Source: a virus. From it: a DNA stretch of 64,000 nt. Shown here piece by piece: positions 9,186 through 18,838 of this stretch (its first letter is position 1; each line of letters opens with the position of its first letter). A model generated the notes under the pieces. The model worked only from the letters and a program-made list of their open reading frames with translations. It was not told where the DNA came from and searched no databases. The translations under genes were made by a program, and so were the position numbers. The DNA is taken from positions 26,103-90,102 of the IMG/VR virus record IMGVR_UViG_3300036716_000695; one strand, written 5' to 3'.

Positions 9186-9269
9186 ATGAAACAAGGACAG
9201 CAATGTATATGTGGTGAAACACAAAACTCAGAAGGTTTATGTGACGGATCACATGCTTCATGTAAATAA
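9186..9269 (+). CDS. 27-aa CDGSH-type [2Fe-2S]-binding micro-protein (absent from the ORF track)
   Basis: MKQGQQCICGETQNSEGLCDGSHASCK*, i.e. C-x-C-x2-T-x6-CDGSH. It has an A-rich leader and fills the gap between its neighbours. Confidence 0.8.
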   Translation: MKQGQQCICGETQNSEGLCDGSHASCK

Positions 9270-9276
9270 ACAAATT

Positions 9277-9474
9277 ATGGCAAAGACAAATAAAGTAGAA
9301 AATGGATATTTTGATCCAACCTCTATACCGGCAAAGATACAAGCAAAAAAGAATGCAACTGCTACAGCAACTAGAATGAGGTTGGCAGCACGTGGTTCTC
9401 AAGCAAAACAAGTATCTACTAGAGCAACAGAACCAGTACAATCAGAAGCTTTTAAAAAAGGATATTGTAAATAA
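9277..9474 (+). CDS. Small basic hypothetical protein (MAKTNKVENGYF...)
   Basis: ATG 9277 follows the CDGSH gene stop, so it is preferred over the track start at 9211. Confidence 0.65.
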   Translation: MAKTNKVENGYFDPTSIPAKIQAKKNATATATRMRLAARGSQAKQVSTRATEPVQSEAFKKGYCK

Positions 9475-9482
9475 ATTATAAA

Positions 9483-9827
9483 ATGGCATTAATTCCACAA
9501 CAACAAATAACTCAATCTGGTCTAGTTCCAGCATATACTGCTGCATTATTAGCAGGAAATGTTTTACAGAATACAGGAATACAGTACTTTCATATTAGAA
9601 ATGAGAGTGCTTCTTCAGTTACAGCAACAGTAGTCCCTGTAATAACAACTGTAATAGATCCGGGACTGGGGGAACTTGTAAAGGAAAATGCTGTCTTAAC
9701 TTTAGCTGCAGGTGAAGCTGGTTTCCTAGGGCCTTTTGAAACAAAAGCATTTAACAGTCCAGAAGGACAAATAACACTAACTTACACTTCTGTAACATCA
9801 GTTACAGTAGCGGCATTATATATTTAA
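9483..9827 (+). CDS. Putative small structural beta-sandwich protein
   Basis: 114 aa, Ala/Thr/Val-rich; lies between structural genes. Confidence 0.55.
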   Translation: MALIPQQQITQSGLVPAYTAALLAGNVLQNTGIQYFHIRNESASSVTATVVPVITTVIDPGLGELVKENAVLTLAAGEAGFLGPFETKAFNSPEGQITLTYTSVTSVTVAALYI

Positions 9828-9830
9828 ATT

Positions 9831-12800
9831 ATGAGCATATTTATACAAGAGGTATTAGGCCTTTTAACAAGAAAAGAAATCAAGAAAGAAATTAATCCTA
9901 AAACAGATTGGTTACAACTTGGTCACAAAAAACAAAGTAAATTAACTGGTACATCCTTTACACCAAAAATGGAACCTTATGCTATTAAAGCACAAGATTT
10001 TATTTGTACGGTGACTAAAGGGTTAACTAGAACTATACAAGGATCAGGAAAAATAGGTTTTGTTCCTGTATATACTGAAACAGATGGAGTATGTAGTCTA
10101 AAAGCATTAAAAGATAGTATCATAACTCAAGATCTTGCCAATCAAACAATTTCTGTAAATGGAAATCTTCTTGTTAAAGGTGATACATCATTAAATGGAA
10201 ATGTCAGATTAGGAACTGGTGGTATAGGTTTTAAAACATCTTTTGAATCAGTAGTTGTAGATGTTAATGGTCAACAGGGTCAACCAAATCAAGTTCTTAT
10301 TGCTCAACCAGATGGTACCGTAATATGGAAAGACCAAGCCGGTGGTGGTACTTGTGTATGGCAAGTTGGTGGTGATAATGGTTTTGTTGTAGATTGTAGT
10401 GATGTAGTTTTATTTATAGGTGGTGATAAGCTTACTGCATTTCCAAATGCTGCTAATAAAAGTGTTACATTCAATCATGATAAAACGGTTGTTAATGTAG
10501 TTTCTCAAAATGTTGATCCAGGTTTTGGGGATTCTTTTGATGCTGTCTTTGAAGTAAGAGTAGATGATTATGGTCATGTAGATGGAATTACTACAAGTAA
10601 AATTACTTTACCTGAAGAAACTACTTATACTCTAAAAGGAGAAATATCAGGCACAGATGATTATGCTATATCCTTATCAGATTCAAATGGAGGAACAAGT
10701 GAGGTACTCTTAAAAGCAGGAACTAATATTACTTTACAAGATGACGGTAATGCTACAGTAACAATAAAAGCAGCAGGTGGAGGTTCACCAGTAATGACAT
10801 CTACAGTTACCGGAACAGGTAAACTATGGAGTGATGTTGTACAAGCACAACCAGCAGCAGCTGTATCAGATACAGATCAAAGAACATATGGAGTTCAATT
10901 TAATGATGCATCACAACTTGTTGTTAATGTACCATGGGTTGAAGGATCAGGTTCTGTTGTAGTTGGTAACCCAGGTAATCCTACAATAGATTTAACTTCT
11001 ATAAGTATAGATGGTACTGTTTATGGTATTGCATCAGGCGGTGGAGGATCAGTAACCAGTGTTGGTTTAGCTGCACCTTCAGCATTCACTGTAACTAATA
11101 GTCCTGTAACAAGCAATGGAACATTAACTCTTGCAGGTGCAGGAGCAACAACAGATTATATAGATGGGACAGGTGCTTTACAAGCTTTTCCTTCTATTCC
11201 AAGTGTACCAGCAAATATAGTTGAGACAGTAGATACACAAAATGGTACATACATTGATATGACACCAACAGGTGCTGTAGATGGAGATGTTGTTGTAACA
11301 GCAGAATTATCAGCAGTAGACGGAGCAGATACTTCAGGTAGATTCTTAAGTAAAGATAACGTATGGTCAGCAATTCCTGGAGGTAATGCAGGAACTGTAA
11401 CTAGTGTTGGCTTAAGTACAGATATTGCAGCATTCACAGTTGGAAGTTCTCCTGTAACAGATAATGGTGTAATAGAACTAAACCGTAATGGAGGAACTGC
11501 AGGTCAGTTTTTAAGACAAGATGGTAATTGGGCAGATATTCCTTCAGGAGGAACAGTAACTGCTCTTTCAACAGAAGTAACTCCAGTTGTAGCAGATTCA
11601 ATTGACTTTACTGTAGCTGATCCAACAACAACGCCTAAATTAACTATAGACTTTAAAGGAGTAGCTGGACAGTATATAAATGGAGAAGGTCAATTAGAAA
11701 CATTCCCTACTATCCCACCGGCATCAGAAGATGTTAAGTTTAAAATTGATGCAGCAGATACTGTAGCAGGATATTGGACTGATAAAATAACAATAGGTTC
11801 AGGTTTATCAGGTTCAGTTAATACAGATCCAAGTGGTGAAAAAACATTAACAATAAGTGCTGTATCAGTTACTACAGTAAATAGTATTAAGGTAGGAAAC
11901 ACTACTACTTCTGGAGCGTTTGAGTTTACAGGACCGGGTGTTACAATGGATACTAATCCAAATCCTCAACTAATTACTTTTGCAAGTGTATTATCATTAG
12001 GAGCAACAACAGCAGGTGATGCATTAGATGTTGCAGTAACAAATGATAGTAGTAATACAGGAGATAGTACACTAGACTTTACTTGGGCAGGATCTGCATC
12101 TGAGTATATAAACGGTCAAGGTAACTTAGTTACTTTCCCAGCAATAACAACAGGTACTGTTGAATCAATAAGCACATCATGGCCAAGCGGTGCAAATGTA
12201 GCAATGACTTTAACAGAAGTAAATTTATCTGGACCAGATGTACAGCTAAATTGGAATGTTCAAGGTACTACAGCACAATACATAGATGGTACTTTTAAAC
12301 TACAAACATTCCCAACAATACCAGCAGAATATACTGGTTGGAGTTTAGTTGGAGATTTAGGAAGTGCACAACAAATAAAAACAGGTAATACTGCATTAAT
12401 AGCAGGTGGTGTTGGTTTAACATCAACAGCAAGTGCAACAGATACATTAACTATTGATTTAGATGACACAGCAGTAACTCCAGGTGCATATAGTAATGCA
12501 GATGTAACTGTAGATCAGCAAGGTAGAATTATAAGTATCCAAGATGGAGCAAGCTCAGCAAGACCTTATAAATCATATGTTGCTAACTTCTCAATTGTTA
12601 ATAATGTTGTGGCTGTTAATATACTAGAAGATGAGCTTCAAGTACAAACTAATTGGTCTGATGACAGCCTTGGTAAAATATCTATATCATTCCGTCAAAA
12701 TTTTGACAAGAAAAGAGTTATGGTGTTCATTAATGGAATGAGTGGTGAAAAAGGAGGCGGTGGTCAAATATTCTTTGACGATGTAATTTCTGGAGTATCA

Positions 12801-12899
12801 GAGTTAACAGTGAATTGTGTACATCAAATAGTTAGCAGTGGTGCTATGACAAATGCAAATGTTGATTTTGGAAGTTTTGAATTTAGATTATATGACTAA
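9831..12899 (+). CDS. Long tail/head fibre protein with internal repeats
   Basis: 1022 aa, G/T/S/V-rich. Contains repeated GTVTSVG and G..QYI(D/N)G.G.L..FP.I units and a VTPGAYSNADVTVDQQGRI fibre motif. Confidence 0.75.
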   Translation: MSIFIQEVLGLLTRKEIKKEINPKTDWLQLGHKKQSKLTGTSFTPKMEPYAIKAQDFICTVTKGLTRTIQGSGKIGFVPVYTETDGVCSLKALKDSIITQDLANQTISVNGNLLVKGDTSLNGNVRLGTGGIGFKTSFESVVVDVNGQQGQPNQVLIAQPDGTVIWKDQAGGGTCVWQVGGDNGFVVDCSDVVLFIGGDKLTAFPNAANKSVTFNHDKTVVNVVSQNVDPGFGDSFDAVFEVRVDDYGHVDGITTSKITLPEETTYTLKGEISGTDDYAISLSDSNGGTSEVLLKAGTNITLQDDGNATVTIKAAGGGSPVMTSTVTGTGKLWSDVVQAQPAAAVSDTDQRTYGVQFNDASQLVVNVPWVEGSGSVVVGNPGNPTIDLTSISIDGTVYGIASGGGGSVTSVGLAAPSAFTVTNSPVTSNGTLTLAGAGATTDYIDGTGALQAFPSIPSVPANIVETVDTQNGTYIDMTPTGAVDGDVVVTAELSAVDGADTSGRFLSKDNVWSAIPGGNAGTVTSVGLSTDIAAFTVGSSPVTDNGVIELNRNGGTAGQFLRQDGNWADIPSGGTVTALSTEVTPVVADSIDFTVADPTTTPKLTIDFKGVAGQYINGEGQLETFPTIPPASEDVKFKIDAADTVAGYWTDKITIGSGLSGSVNTDPSGEKTLTISAVSVTTVNSIKVGNTTTSGAFEFTGPGVTMDTNPNPQLITFASVLSLGATTAGDALDVAVTNDSSNTGDSTLDFTWAGSASEYINGQGNLVTFPAITTGTVESISTSWPSGANVAMTLTEVNLSGPDVQLNWNVQGTTAQYIDGTFKLQTFPTIPAEYTGWSLVGDLGSAQQIKTGNTALIAGGVGLTSTASATDTLTIDLDDTAVTPGAYSNADVTVDQQGRIISIQDGASSARPYKSYVANFSIVNNVVAVNILEDELQVQTNWSDDSLGKISISFRQNFDKKRVMVFINGMSGEKGGGGQIFFDDVISGVSELTVNCVHQIVSSGAMTNANVDFGSFEFRLYD

Positions 12900-12937
12900 G
12901 AATTTATGATGAAGTTTAATTTTACTAAATTCTGAGT

Positions 12938-12975
12938 GAAGAGGGTAAGCAGAAATGTTTACCCTCTTTCTTTTT
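12938..12975. terminator. Intrinsic terminator between convergent blocks
   Basis: AAGAGGGTAAGCA-GAAA-TGTTTACCCTCTT followed by a T-tract. Confidence 0.85.
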
Positions 12976-13396
12976 ATTTACCCCATTTGTTTCTATTAAT
13001 CAGCATAGATATTATTGAGTAGTTAGATAAATCAATCCATGAATCTTCTAGACTTTCATTTTTAGGATTACGGTTTGACTGTACAATATTCAGTATTCTT
13101 TGTATTTTGTCATTACTACGAAACCATATACCAAGCAAACTCAGCCTACGGTTTTCTTTTAACTCTGTATCTTTACCAAGAGTAATGTTTTGAGGCCCGT
13201 AGTCTAATTGCTTCATACAAAACAATGTGTATTGTTCCTGCTGTATCTCTTTAAACTCTTTTGTTGTTTCAGGATACAACATCTCACAAGATGCTACAGG
13301 ATCCATAGTATCTTCTTGTGTGTCACTAAACGGGTGAGCAAATGGTTCTATTTTTTTATTCATCTTTAGTATATTTATTTTTACTTTGTCTAACAT
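12974..13396 (-). CDS. DUF1599 / nucleotide-modification-associated domain protein
   Basis: KQLDYG..N, R.NDKIQR, NESLEDSWIDLSNYSII pattern. Confidence 0.65.
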   Translation of the reverse strand: MLDKVKINILKMNKKIEPFAHPFSDTQEDTMDPVASCEMLYPETTKEFKEIQQEQYTLFCMKQLDYGPQNITLGKDTELKENRRLSLLGIWFRSNDKIQRILNIVQSNRNPKNESLEDSWIDLSNYSIISMLINRNKWGK

Positions 13397-13595
13397 TGGT
13401 TTTTTCTATTAAATGTAAATGATATGCAAGCTCAGAAGTATTTTTAAGTTTATTGTAATACTTGTCAATACGCTGATCAAGCTTCCGTGATTTTTGTAAA
13501 CCAAATACATTGGGCTTTGCCTTATATTCTAGTTCATCTAGTCTACCTTTTAAGTACTGTACTTCTAATAGTACGTGTAGTTCTTGTTCTGTCAT
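13356..13595 (-). CDS. Hypothetical protein
   Basis: 79-aa ORF in the overlapping - strand chain. Confidence 0.6.
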   Translation of the reverse strand: MTEQELHVLLEVQYLKGRLDELEYKAKPNVFGLQKSRKLDQRIDKYYNKLKNTSELAYHLHLIEKTNVRQSKNKYTKDE

Positions 13596-13702
13596 GATCC
13601 TTCTGCAATTATAATGTAAATGTTATTCCAAATCAAAAAAGAAATTATAAATATTACAACCCAAGCTGCAAGACCTATCCAATTAGTATTATGCTTTTTC
13701 AT
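13592..13702 (-). CDS. 36-aa single-TM peptide (absent from the track)
   Basis: MKKHNTNWIGLAAWVVIFIISFLIWNNIYIIIAEGS*, with an ATGA overlap to the next gene. Confidence 0.55.
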   Translation of the reverse strand: MKKHNTNWIGLAAWVVIFIISFLIWNNIYIIIAEGS

Positions 13703-13862
13703 AATTTTTAAAATGTTTATCAACTATCTTCCAATAATTTTCTAGTTTAACTGAGTTCATTCCGGCAACAAAACACAATATCATATCTAAATGTTTTTTA
13801 CCATCTGTATATCCCATTTTTTTATGTATTCTTGCTGCTTCATCTTTATGATCTTTTTTCAT
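13689..13862 (-). CDS. 57-aa hypothetical protein (absent from the track)
   Basis: MKKDHKDEAARIHKKMGY...YEKA*; overlaps the start of the next ORF. Confidence 0.5.
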   Translation of the reverse strand: MKKDHKDEAARIHKKMGYTDGKKHLDMILCFVAGMNSVKLENYWKIVDKHFKNYEKA

Positions 13863-13983
13863 ACATATATATATAAAAATAGAAGGCCTAAGAGAAAATC
13901 TCTTAGTTGGTTGGCCTCCTATAATTAATAGTCTTCACTTCTACTGCTAATGTAAAAGCAAAAACAAGCTAACAATACTGCTA

Positions 13984-14838
13984 TTACAAAATGCATTCAT
14001 CAATTATAATGCTTTGCTTTTCTAGTTCTTCATCAATTTCAATTGTCTCTCCATTGATACCTACTAGCTCCCATTTTTCAGTATTAGTTGTTTGATTGTT
14101 TACAACATCAGACATCATAAAATCATGAAAGTTCTGAGAATCTTGTAACCAATCCCTTGGTGTAGATAGTTTTAATGCATGTGTTACGTGATTGTAAAAA
14201 CTCCAAGCATTGTTATTATCTGTTAAGTAATCATAAGAAGGTTTATTAATCTCTTTCTTAATTATAGACATCTGTGAAGAAGTTACAATCTCTTCATCTA
14301 TAAATAGTCTACCAACTAAAGCTGCTTGCTCTGTCTTACTTAACAATGTAGACTTTAATGCATCTCTATCTTTAAGAATGCGTGAATAATGAACTTCTCC
14401 ATTCTTAATTTGATTGCTCAGCTGCATTTTAATATCATGACCTGCGGATCCTGTGTGTTTTCTTTTAAAGTTCATCATGTCTCCAGCTACCATACCATTG
14501 TTACATACCATAACATATGCACCAATTGCACACTGAAATCTTGTACTCTTATCATAAGAGTTTGTCCAGGCAAACATCATCCCTAATTCTCTTTCTTTAG
14601 AGATATCTTCATCAGTTGTCTGAGAAGGATAGATATGATATATGCCTTGTGCTACATTGGCATTCATGTTTGCTCTATATAATTCTTTACGAATAGTAAA
14701 TCCACTATTCTCCAATAAATTTTTTGTGTCATCTATCACTTGTTTATGTGATATGACTGTATAACTCTTACCATGTTTAGGTAAAGGTTGACTTTCTAAA
14801 TAATTCTGTGTTGTTTCTACTGCTCTTTTATAACGCAT
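13984..14838 (-). CDS. DUF932-like protein
   Basis: NSYDKS, G..V.VCNNG, KHTG and W.FYN.VT..LK motifs. Confidence 0.7.
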   Translation of the reverse strand: MRYKRAVETTQNYLESQPLPKHGKSYTVISHKQVIDDTKNLLENSGFTIRKELYRANMNANVAQGIYHIYPSQTTDEDISKERELGMMFAWTNSYDKSTRFQCAIGAYVMVCNNGMVAGDMMNFKRKHTGSAGHDIKMQLSNQIKNGEVHYSRILKDRDALKSTLLSKTEQAALVGRLFIDEEIVTSSQMSIIKKEINKPSYDYLTDNNNAWSFYNHVTHALKLSTPRDWLQDSQNFHDFMMSDVVNNQTTNTEKWELVGINGETIEIDEELEKQSIIIDECIL

Positions 14839-14888
14839 AGTTTAAACTTTTAAAGTGTAAATATAACTATTTTATATGGGATAACCAA

Positions 14889-15722
14889 TTAAAATATATA
14901 TCTGATTGTTTTTATAGAAAAATACTTTGAATAAATTTCTTTAAATTCAGATAACAACCTTCCTTTATGTTCTAAAGGATATCTCATAACTCCTGATTGA
15001 TTCTTAATTTCATAAGATCTTCTCATCAACTCTCTTGCTTCTGGTGTTGTTTTAATCATTTGCTTAACATGATTAGTTAAAGCAATAACTTCACATTTAT
15101 TTTCACCTGCTACATCTTTTACCATAGAAAAAAGATTATTATACTCTTCTTTCCAACCGGGGTAAAAAATTAAAGGGCTATAATTTAAATGTACTTCCCA
15201 GCCCAATTTCTTAAGCCTATTAATATCAGCTATACGGCTTACTATCTTTTGCATCTTAGGTTCTAATATATTAGAATACTTCTGAGGCATAAGACTTACA
15301 CGTACCCGTGGTGGTTTATTAAAGTGATTTACATCTAACTTTAACAACCCTGGATACTTAGTGGCCATAGTACTATTAAGTTGTGGGTGATTATCAAACC
15401 TCTTAAGATAATCAATCAAAGGTTCAGGCATGTGTTTCTGCATCAGTACTAAATCTGAATTGCAGGCAACATCTACCATAGTATATATAGGGTCTTGTTG
15501 ATCAGGGACTTTAGTAAATTCCTTTTCCCATTCAACAACAGACTCATAAATCTCATCAACGTTCTTGTTAACAAAAACTCTTTTACCATTATATCTAGAC
15601 ATATAACAATATGTATCTACACAGCCTCCAAAACACCCATATATGATGTTTGGAGCTATGCAATTACTACTATTATTATTTGTTTTGGTAATTAAAGTTT
15701 TGGTTTTCTGAACTTTAATCAA
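14889..15722 (-). CDS. Spore photoproduct lyase-like radical SAM protein
   Basis: IAPN..YGC...C....CY cluster motif, DVACNSD, ATK, RVRVSLMPQ, LEP...RI, HLNYSPLI. Confidence 0.8.
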   Translation of the reverse strand: MIKVQKTKTLITKTNNNSSNCIAPNIIYGCFGGCVDTYCYMSRYNGKRVFVNKNVDEIYESVVEWEKEFTKVPDQQDPIYTMVDVACNSDLVLMQKHMPEPLIDYLKRFDNHPQLNSTMATKYPGLLKLDVNHFNKPPRVRVSLMPQKYSNILEPKMQKIVSRIADINRLKKLGWEVHLNYSPLIFYPGWKEEYNNLFSMVKDVAGENKCEVIALTNHVKQMIKTTPEARELMRRSYEIKNQSGVMRYPLEHKGRLLSEFKEIYSKYFSIKTIRYIF

Positions 15723-16021
15723 CGGTCTTTAACAAATTGACCATTAACCATCCTACCTGTACGTTGTGAAATTACATTGTAAGCACTTTCTAAACATTTT
15801 TCTAAACTAATGTTTTGCATCTTAGCTTGAATAATCAAGGTAACCATAATATCACCCATAGCATCAATGATCTCTTCACGGTCTTTAACATTAATGGCCG
15901 TGCAAAGCTCAGTTGTTTCTTCTAATGTTTTCAGTGCTTGGGCCATTGGTGTAGCTTTAGCAAGAATACCTTTTTCCATAGCCCAGTTTTCTACTGCGCA
16001 TTCTAATTCAAAATAATCCAT
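15719..16021 (-). CDS. MazG-like nucleotide pyrophosphohydrolase
   Basis: KTLEETTEL, DAMGDIMVTL and AYNVISQRTG...NGQFVK. Confidence 0.85.
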   Translation of the reverse strand: MDYFELECAVENWAMEKGILAKATPMAQALKTLEETTELCTAINVKDREEIIDAMGDIMVTLIIQAKMQNISLEKCLESAYNVISQRTGRMVNGQFVKDR

Positions 16022-16026
16022 ATTGT

Positions 16027-16689
16027 TTAATTGTTTTTTAATAATTCTAATACTTCAGTCAATGATTCATGACGGTGGTTATCTTCTAGTACAACTTTAT
16101 ATACATGAAGAGAACTTGTAATCTTAGCAACTTCATTAATTGCAGAATAATTTTTGTCTTTTAAATCTATTTGTTGATTGTCTCCACAAAAGATCATCAT
16201 TGAATCTTTACCTAGTCTACTTAAAGCCATTGAAAACTGAGAGCGTGTTAAGTTCTGAAACTCATCTACAATAACAACAGAGTGATCAAATGTCCTTCCT
16301 CTAAAATGAGATAAAGAAACCAATTCTATTTGTTCTTCAGATTCAAGCTTCTCTAAAAGCTCAGGTTTATTATAGACCTTACGCATATTAGATTTAATAG
16401 GTACCAACCAAGGTTCCATCTTTTCTTTTTCAGAGCCAGGTAAAAAACCATTATCTTCTGTTGCCACAGTAGGCCTAGTAATAATAATCTTATTGTATTG
16501 TCTCTTAAAAAATTGATCTAGTGCTATTTGGACAGCAAGTAGTGTTTTACCACTACCTGCGTTCCCATGTATAAAACTAAAAGGATGTTTAAGTATTTGT
16601 TCTTTTGCAACCTTTTGTTCTTCTGATAATGTAATACTAAATCTGATAGACCCTTTAGGTGGTCTCTTTGTTATATTTGTTTTTGCCAT
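16027..16689 (-). CDS. phoH: PhoH-family ATPase
   Basis: GNAGSGKT, TRP, GFLPG, RGRTF, DEFQN, RLG, GD..QID. Confidence 0.92.
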   Translation of the reverse strand: MAKTNITKRPPKGSIRFSITLSEEQKVAKEQILKHPFSFIHGNAGSGKTLLAVQIALDQFFKRQYNKIIITRPTVATEDNGFLPGSEKEKMEPWLVPIKSNMRKVYNKPELLEKLESEEQIELVSLSHFRGRTFDHSVVIVDEFQNLTRSQFSMALSRLGKDSMMIFCGDNQQIDLKDKNYSAINEVAKITSSLHVYKVVLEDNHRHESLTEVLELLKNN

Positions 16690-18695
16690 TAGAATAGTGT
16701 TAATTGATTTGGAGCAACATCAATAATATTATTAATCTCTTGCTCTATAGCTTCAAGATAATATTTTTTATCAATATCATAGTTTTCCCACTTAGGTTCT
16801 AATTGCATATCATTAAATATTGACTGCAACCATTTGCCAGCTTCTAACTGTATCTCTCTTTTATCTTTCTTGTTAACTTTAAGAATCTTTACACCGGATT
16901 TAGATATAAAATATCTATTAATCTTCTGTAATTTTTCTTCATCAAATATACCATTCTTTATTTGTCTAGCAACCTGTTGCCAATCACCTTTTGATTTTCC
17001 ACCAATACAATAATCTAATATGTTTTTATTTGTATCAATATAATCTTCAGGTAACATATCATGAACAAAGTAATGATAGATTGCCTTTGGTATAACAAGT
17101 TTAGATTTATTCTTGTGCAACTGCAGGTTATGAAAATCAAATCTACCCTTAAGTTTTACCGGGGCAAAACTAAACTTATCATTCTCTACTTTAAATAAGT
17201 AATGAGGATTGTCAGTTTTTAGTTTTCTCCAAGTAGATATATCTACATCAACCCACTTATTAATACCAATGTAGTTGTTAACATCACCAATAACCATCTT
17301 CTGATATTCATCATGCTCTAAATTAAGATTGGTTTTCTTTTCCCATTCTTCACATATAAGCATGTACTCATCATAAAATGCCTTTGGTATTATAGTTTCT
17401 ACACCATCTGTGTTTTGTAATAAAGCAATAGCACCCGGTATACGCTCCATAATTTGCTCATAAAGCATCATTAGGGATAGTTGACCATTGATTGTTATTC
17501 TCATACATAACTCAGGATCATAAAAGAAGCTATTTTCATCATTGCTAAGACCAAAAGTAGAATTAAGTATAATCTTATATACATAGTTCATTGGATTGCT
17601 CTTAGGAATCTTCTTACGCTCTTCAAAGAACCACTCATATTGATTACAGAATTCTTCTTTAGGGAAATGACCCGGAGACCACTTGTTTTTAATAGCCAGA
17701 TTAGGATAAAAAGATGTTACATCAGAAGACATAATCATCATGTCATCATCCGGTTCATAAACACCTTTCTTTATAGCACCATGAACACCACCTAAACCAA
17801 AGTGTGTATTGACACCCTTATAGTTTATGTTGTATTTAAAACTACCCTTAAGACTACCTGCGTTAACTTCTAATGAAGCAAACCTATCAAACAATACCTT
17901 AAACTCTTGAGATGAGAAAGAAATGTATGGTAATATAATATCCTTAATCTTAATTGTATCCCTATAAGTTCTCATCTGTTTGAGATCTCTTTTAGGAATA
18001 TTTAAGTTTCTAGATAAATAATATCCAAATATCTCTTTACTAATCCTAGGCTCTGAGGCACTAAACATGTTAATATTGTATGTACTTGTCAATTCTTTTC
18101 TTAAAGCTACTTGAGATCTTGATCTGTTATAGATTTCTTTTGTAGACTTAACATCATTAATGCAGTATTCAAGTATAGTGTCTAGATCTTTTTGAGTTCT
18201 GATTTCAGTTTCATGATGAATAGGCATATCTAATATATTCTGCCAATCCATACTATACTGAATCCATTTAAGACTAGAACGTTTAGCCGGGTTATCCCAA
18301 TGGTGCATTTTAAATAAATCTATTTGACCTATTCTCATCTTCCATTGTGGATAATCACTAAACTCTTTATTGTTTGATTTCTGTATACATCTCTGTGCAT
18401 ACTTATAAATAATATTAGCAACTAGATGACCATCAAGACCTAAACCTTCTTCATCTTTCCATTTACTAACATTATCTAATATATAGTGAGTTACTTGCGC
18501 ATCAAATGCTAATCCATTATAGGATATATGCCACTCTTTGTTTGTGATGTTGTCTTCTAGAAAGTTTATAAATTCTGTCTGATCATTTCTTAACCGTGAT
18601 ATTACAAATATCTTAGTCTCTGTAGTTTTATAATTTTCAAAAACACCAGTAAAACAATCATAAAGTGTTTCATAATCCATTACCCAATGTTTCAT
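16689..18695 (-). CDS. DNA polymerase family B (crAss-like) with 3'-5' exonuclease domain
   Basis: Exonuclease motifs DYE, YNG..FD, YCINDV. Polymerase motifs DVTSFYPN, KIILNSTFG, NTDG. Confidence 0.9.
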   Translation of the reverse strand: MKHWVMDYETLYDCFTGVFENYKTTETKIFVISRLRNDQTEFINFLEDNITNKEWHISYNGLAFDAQVTHYILDNVSKWKDEEGLGLDGHLVANIIYKYAQRCIQKSNNKEFSDYPQWKMRIGQIDLFKMHHWDNPAKRSSLKWIQYSMDWQNILDMPIHHETEIRTQKDLDTILEYCINDVKSTKEIYNRSRSQVALRKELTSTYNINMFSASEPRISKEIFGYYLSRNLNIPKRDLKQMRTYRDTIKIKDIILPYISFSSQEFKVLFDRFASLEVNAGSLKGSFKYNINYKGVNTHFGLGGVHGAIKKGVYEPDDDMMIMSSDVTSFYPNLAIKNKWSPGHFPKEEFCNQYEWFFEERKKIPKSNPMNYVYKIILNSTFGLSNDENSFFYDPELCMRITINGQLSLMMLYEQIMERIPGAIALLQNTDGVETIIPKAFYDEYMLICEEWEKKTNLNLEHDEYQKMVIGDVNNYIGINKWVDVDISTWRKLKTDNPHYLFKVENDKFSFAPVKLKGRFDFHNLQLHKNKSKLVIPKAIYHYFVHDMLPEDYIDTNKNILDYCIGGKSKGDWQQVARQIKNGIFDEEKLQKINRYFISKSGVKILKVNKKDKREIQLEAGKWLQSIFNDMQLEPKWENYDIDKKYYLEAIEQEINNIIDVAPNQLTLF

Positions 18696-18838
18696 TCTTT
18701 TTCTTCTTTAAGTTTATCTTTAAATGTATGTAGAGTTCTTTCATTAATACCTAAAGCTTTAGCTGCACTTCTTACAGTTTTATGCTTTTTTAGAGCTAGA
18801 GTCATTAATCTCTCTTTCATTTGTAACAGTGTTTCCAT
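18692..18838 (-). CDS. 48-aa Fis-type helix-turn-helix protein (absent from the track)
   Basis: METLLQMKERLMTLALKKHKTVRSAAKALGINERTLHTF...; ATGA-coupled to the polymerase start. Confidence 0.75.
   Translation of the reverse strand: METLLQMKERLMTLALKKHKTVRSAAKALGINERTLHTFKDKLKEEKE

Noticed and set aside
12974-16021. DUF1599 + MazG + radical SAM as a DNA hypermodification pathway
   Set aside because: No base-synthesis or transferase genes (PurZ, thymidylate synthase, Dpd/Que, glycosyltransferase) occur in the window, and Ung argues against uracil-DNA. It cannot be excluded for the rest of the genome.
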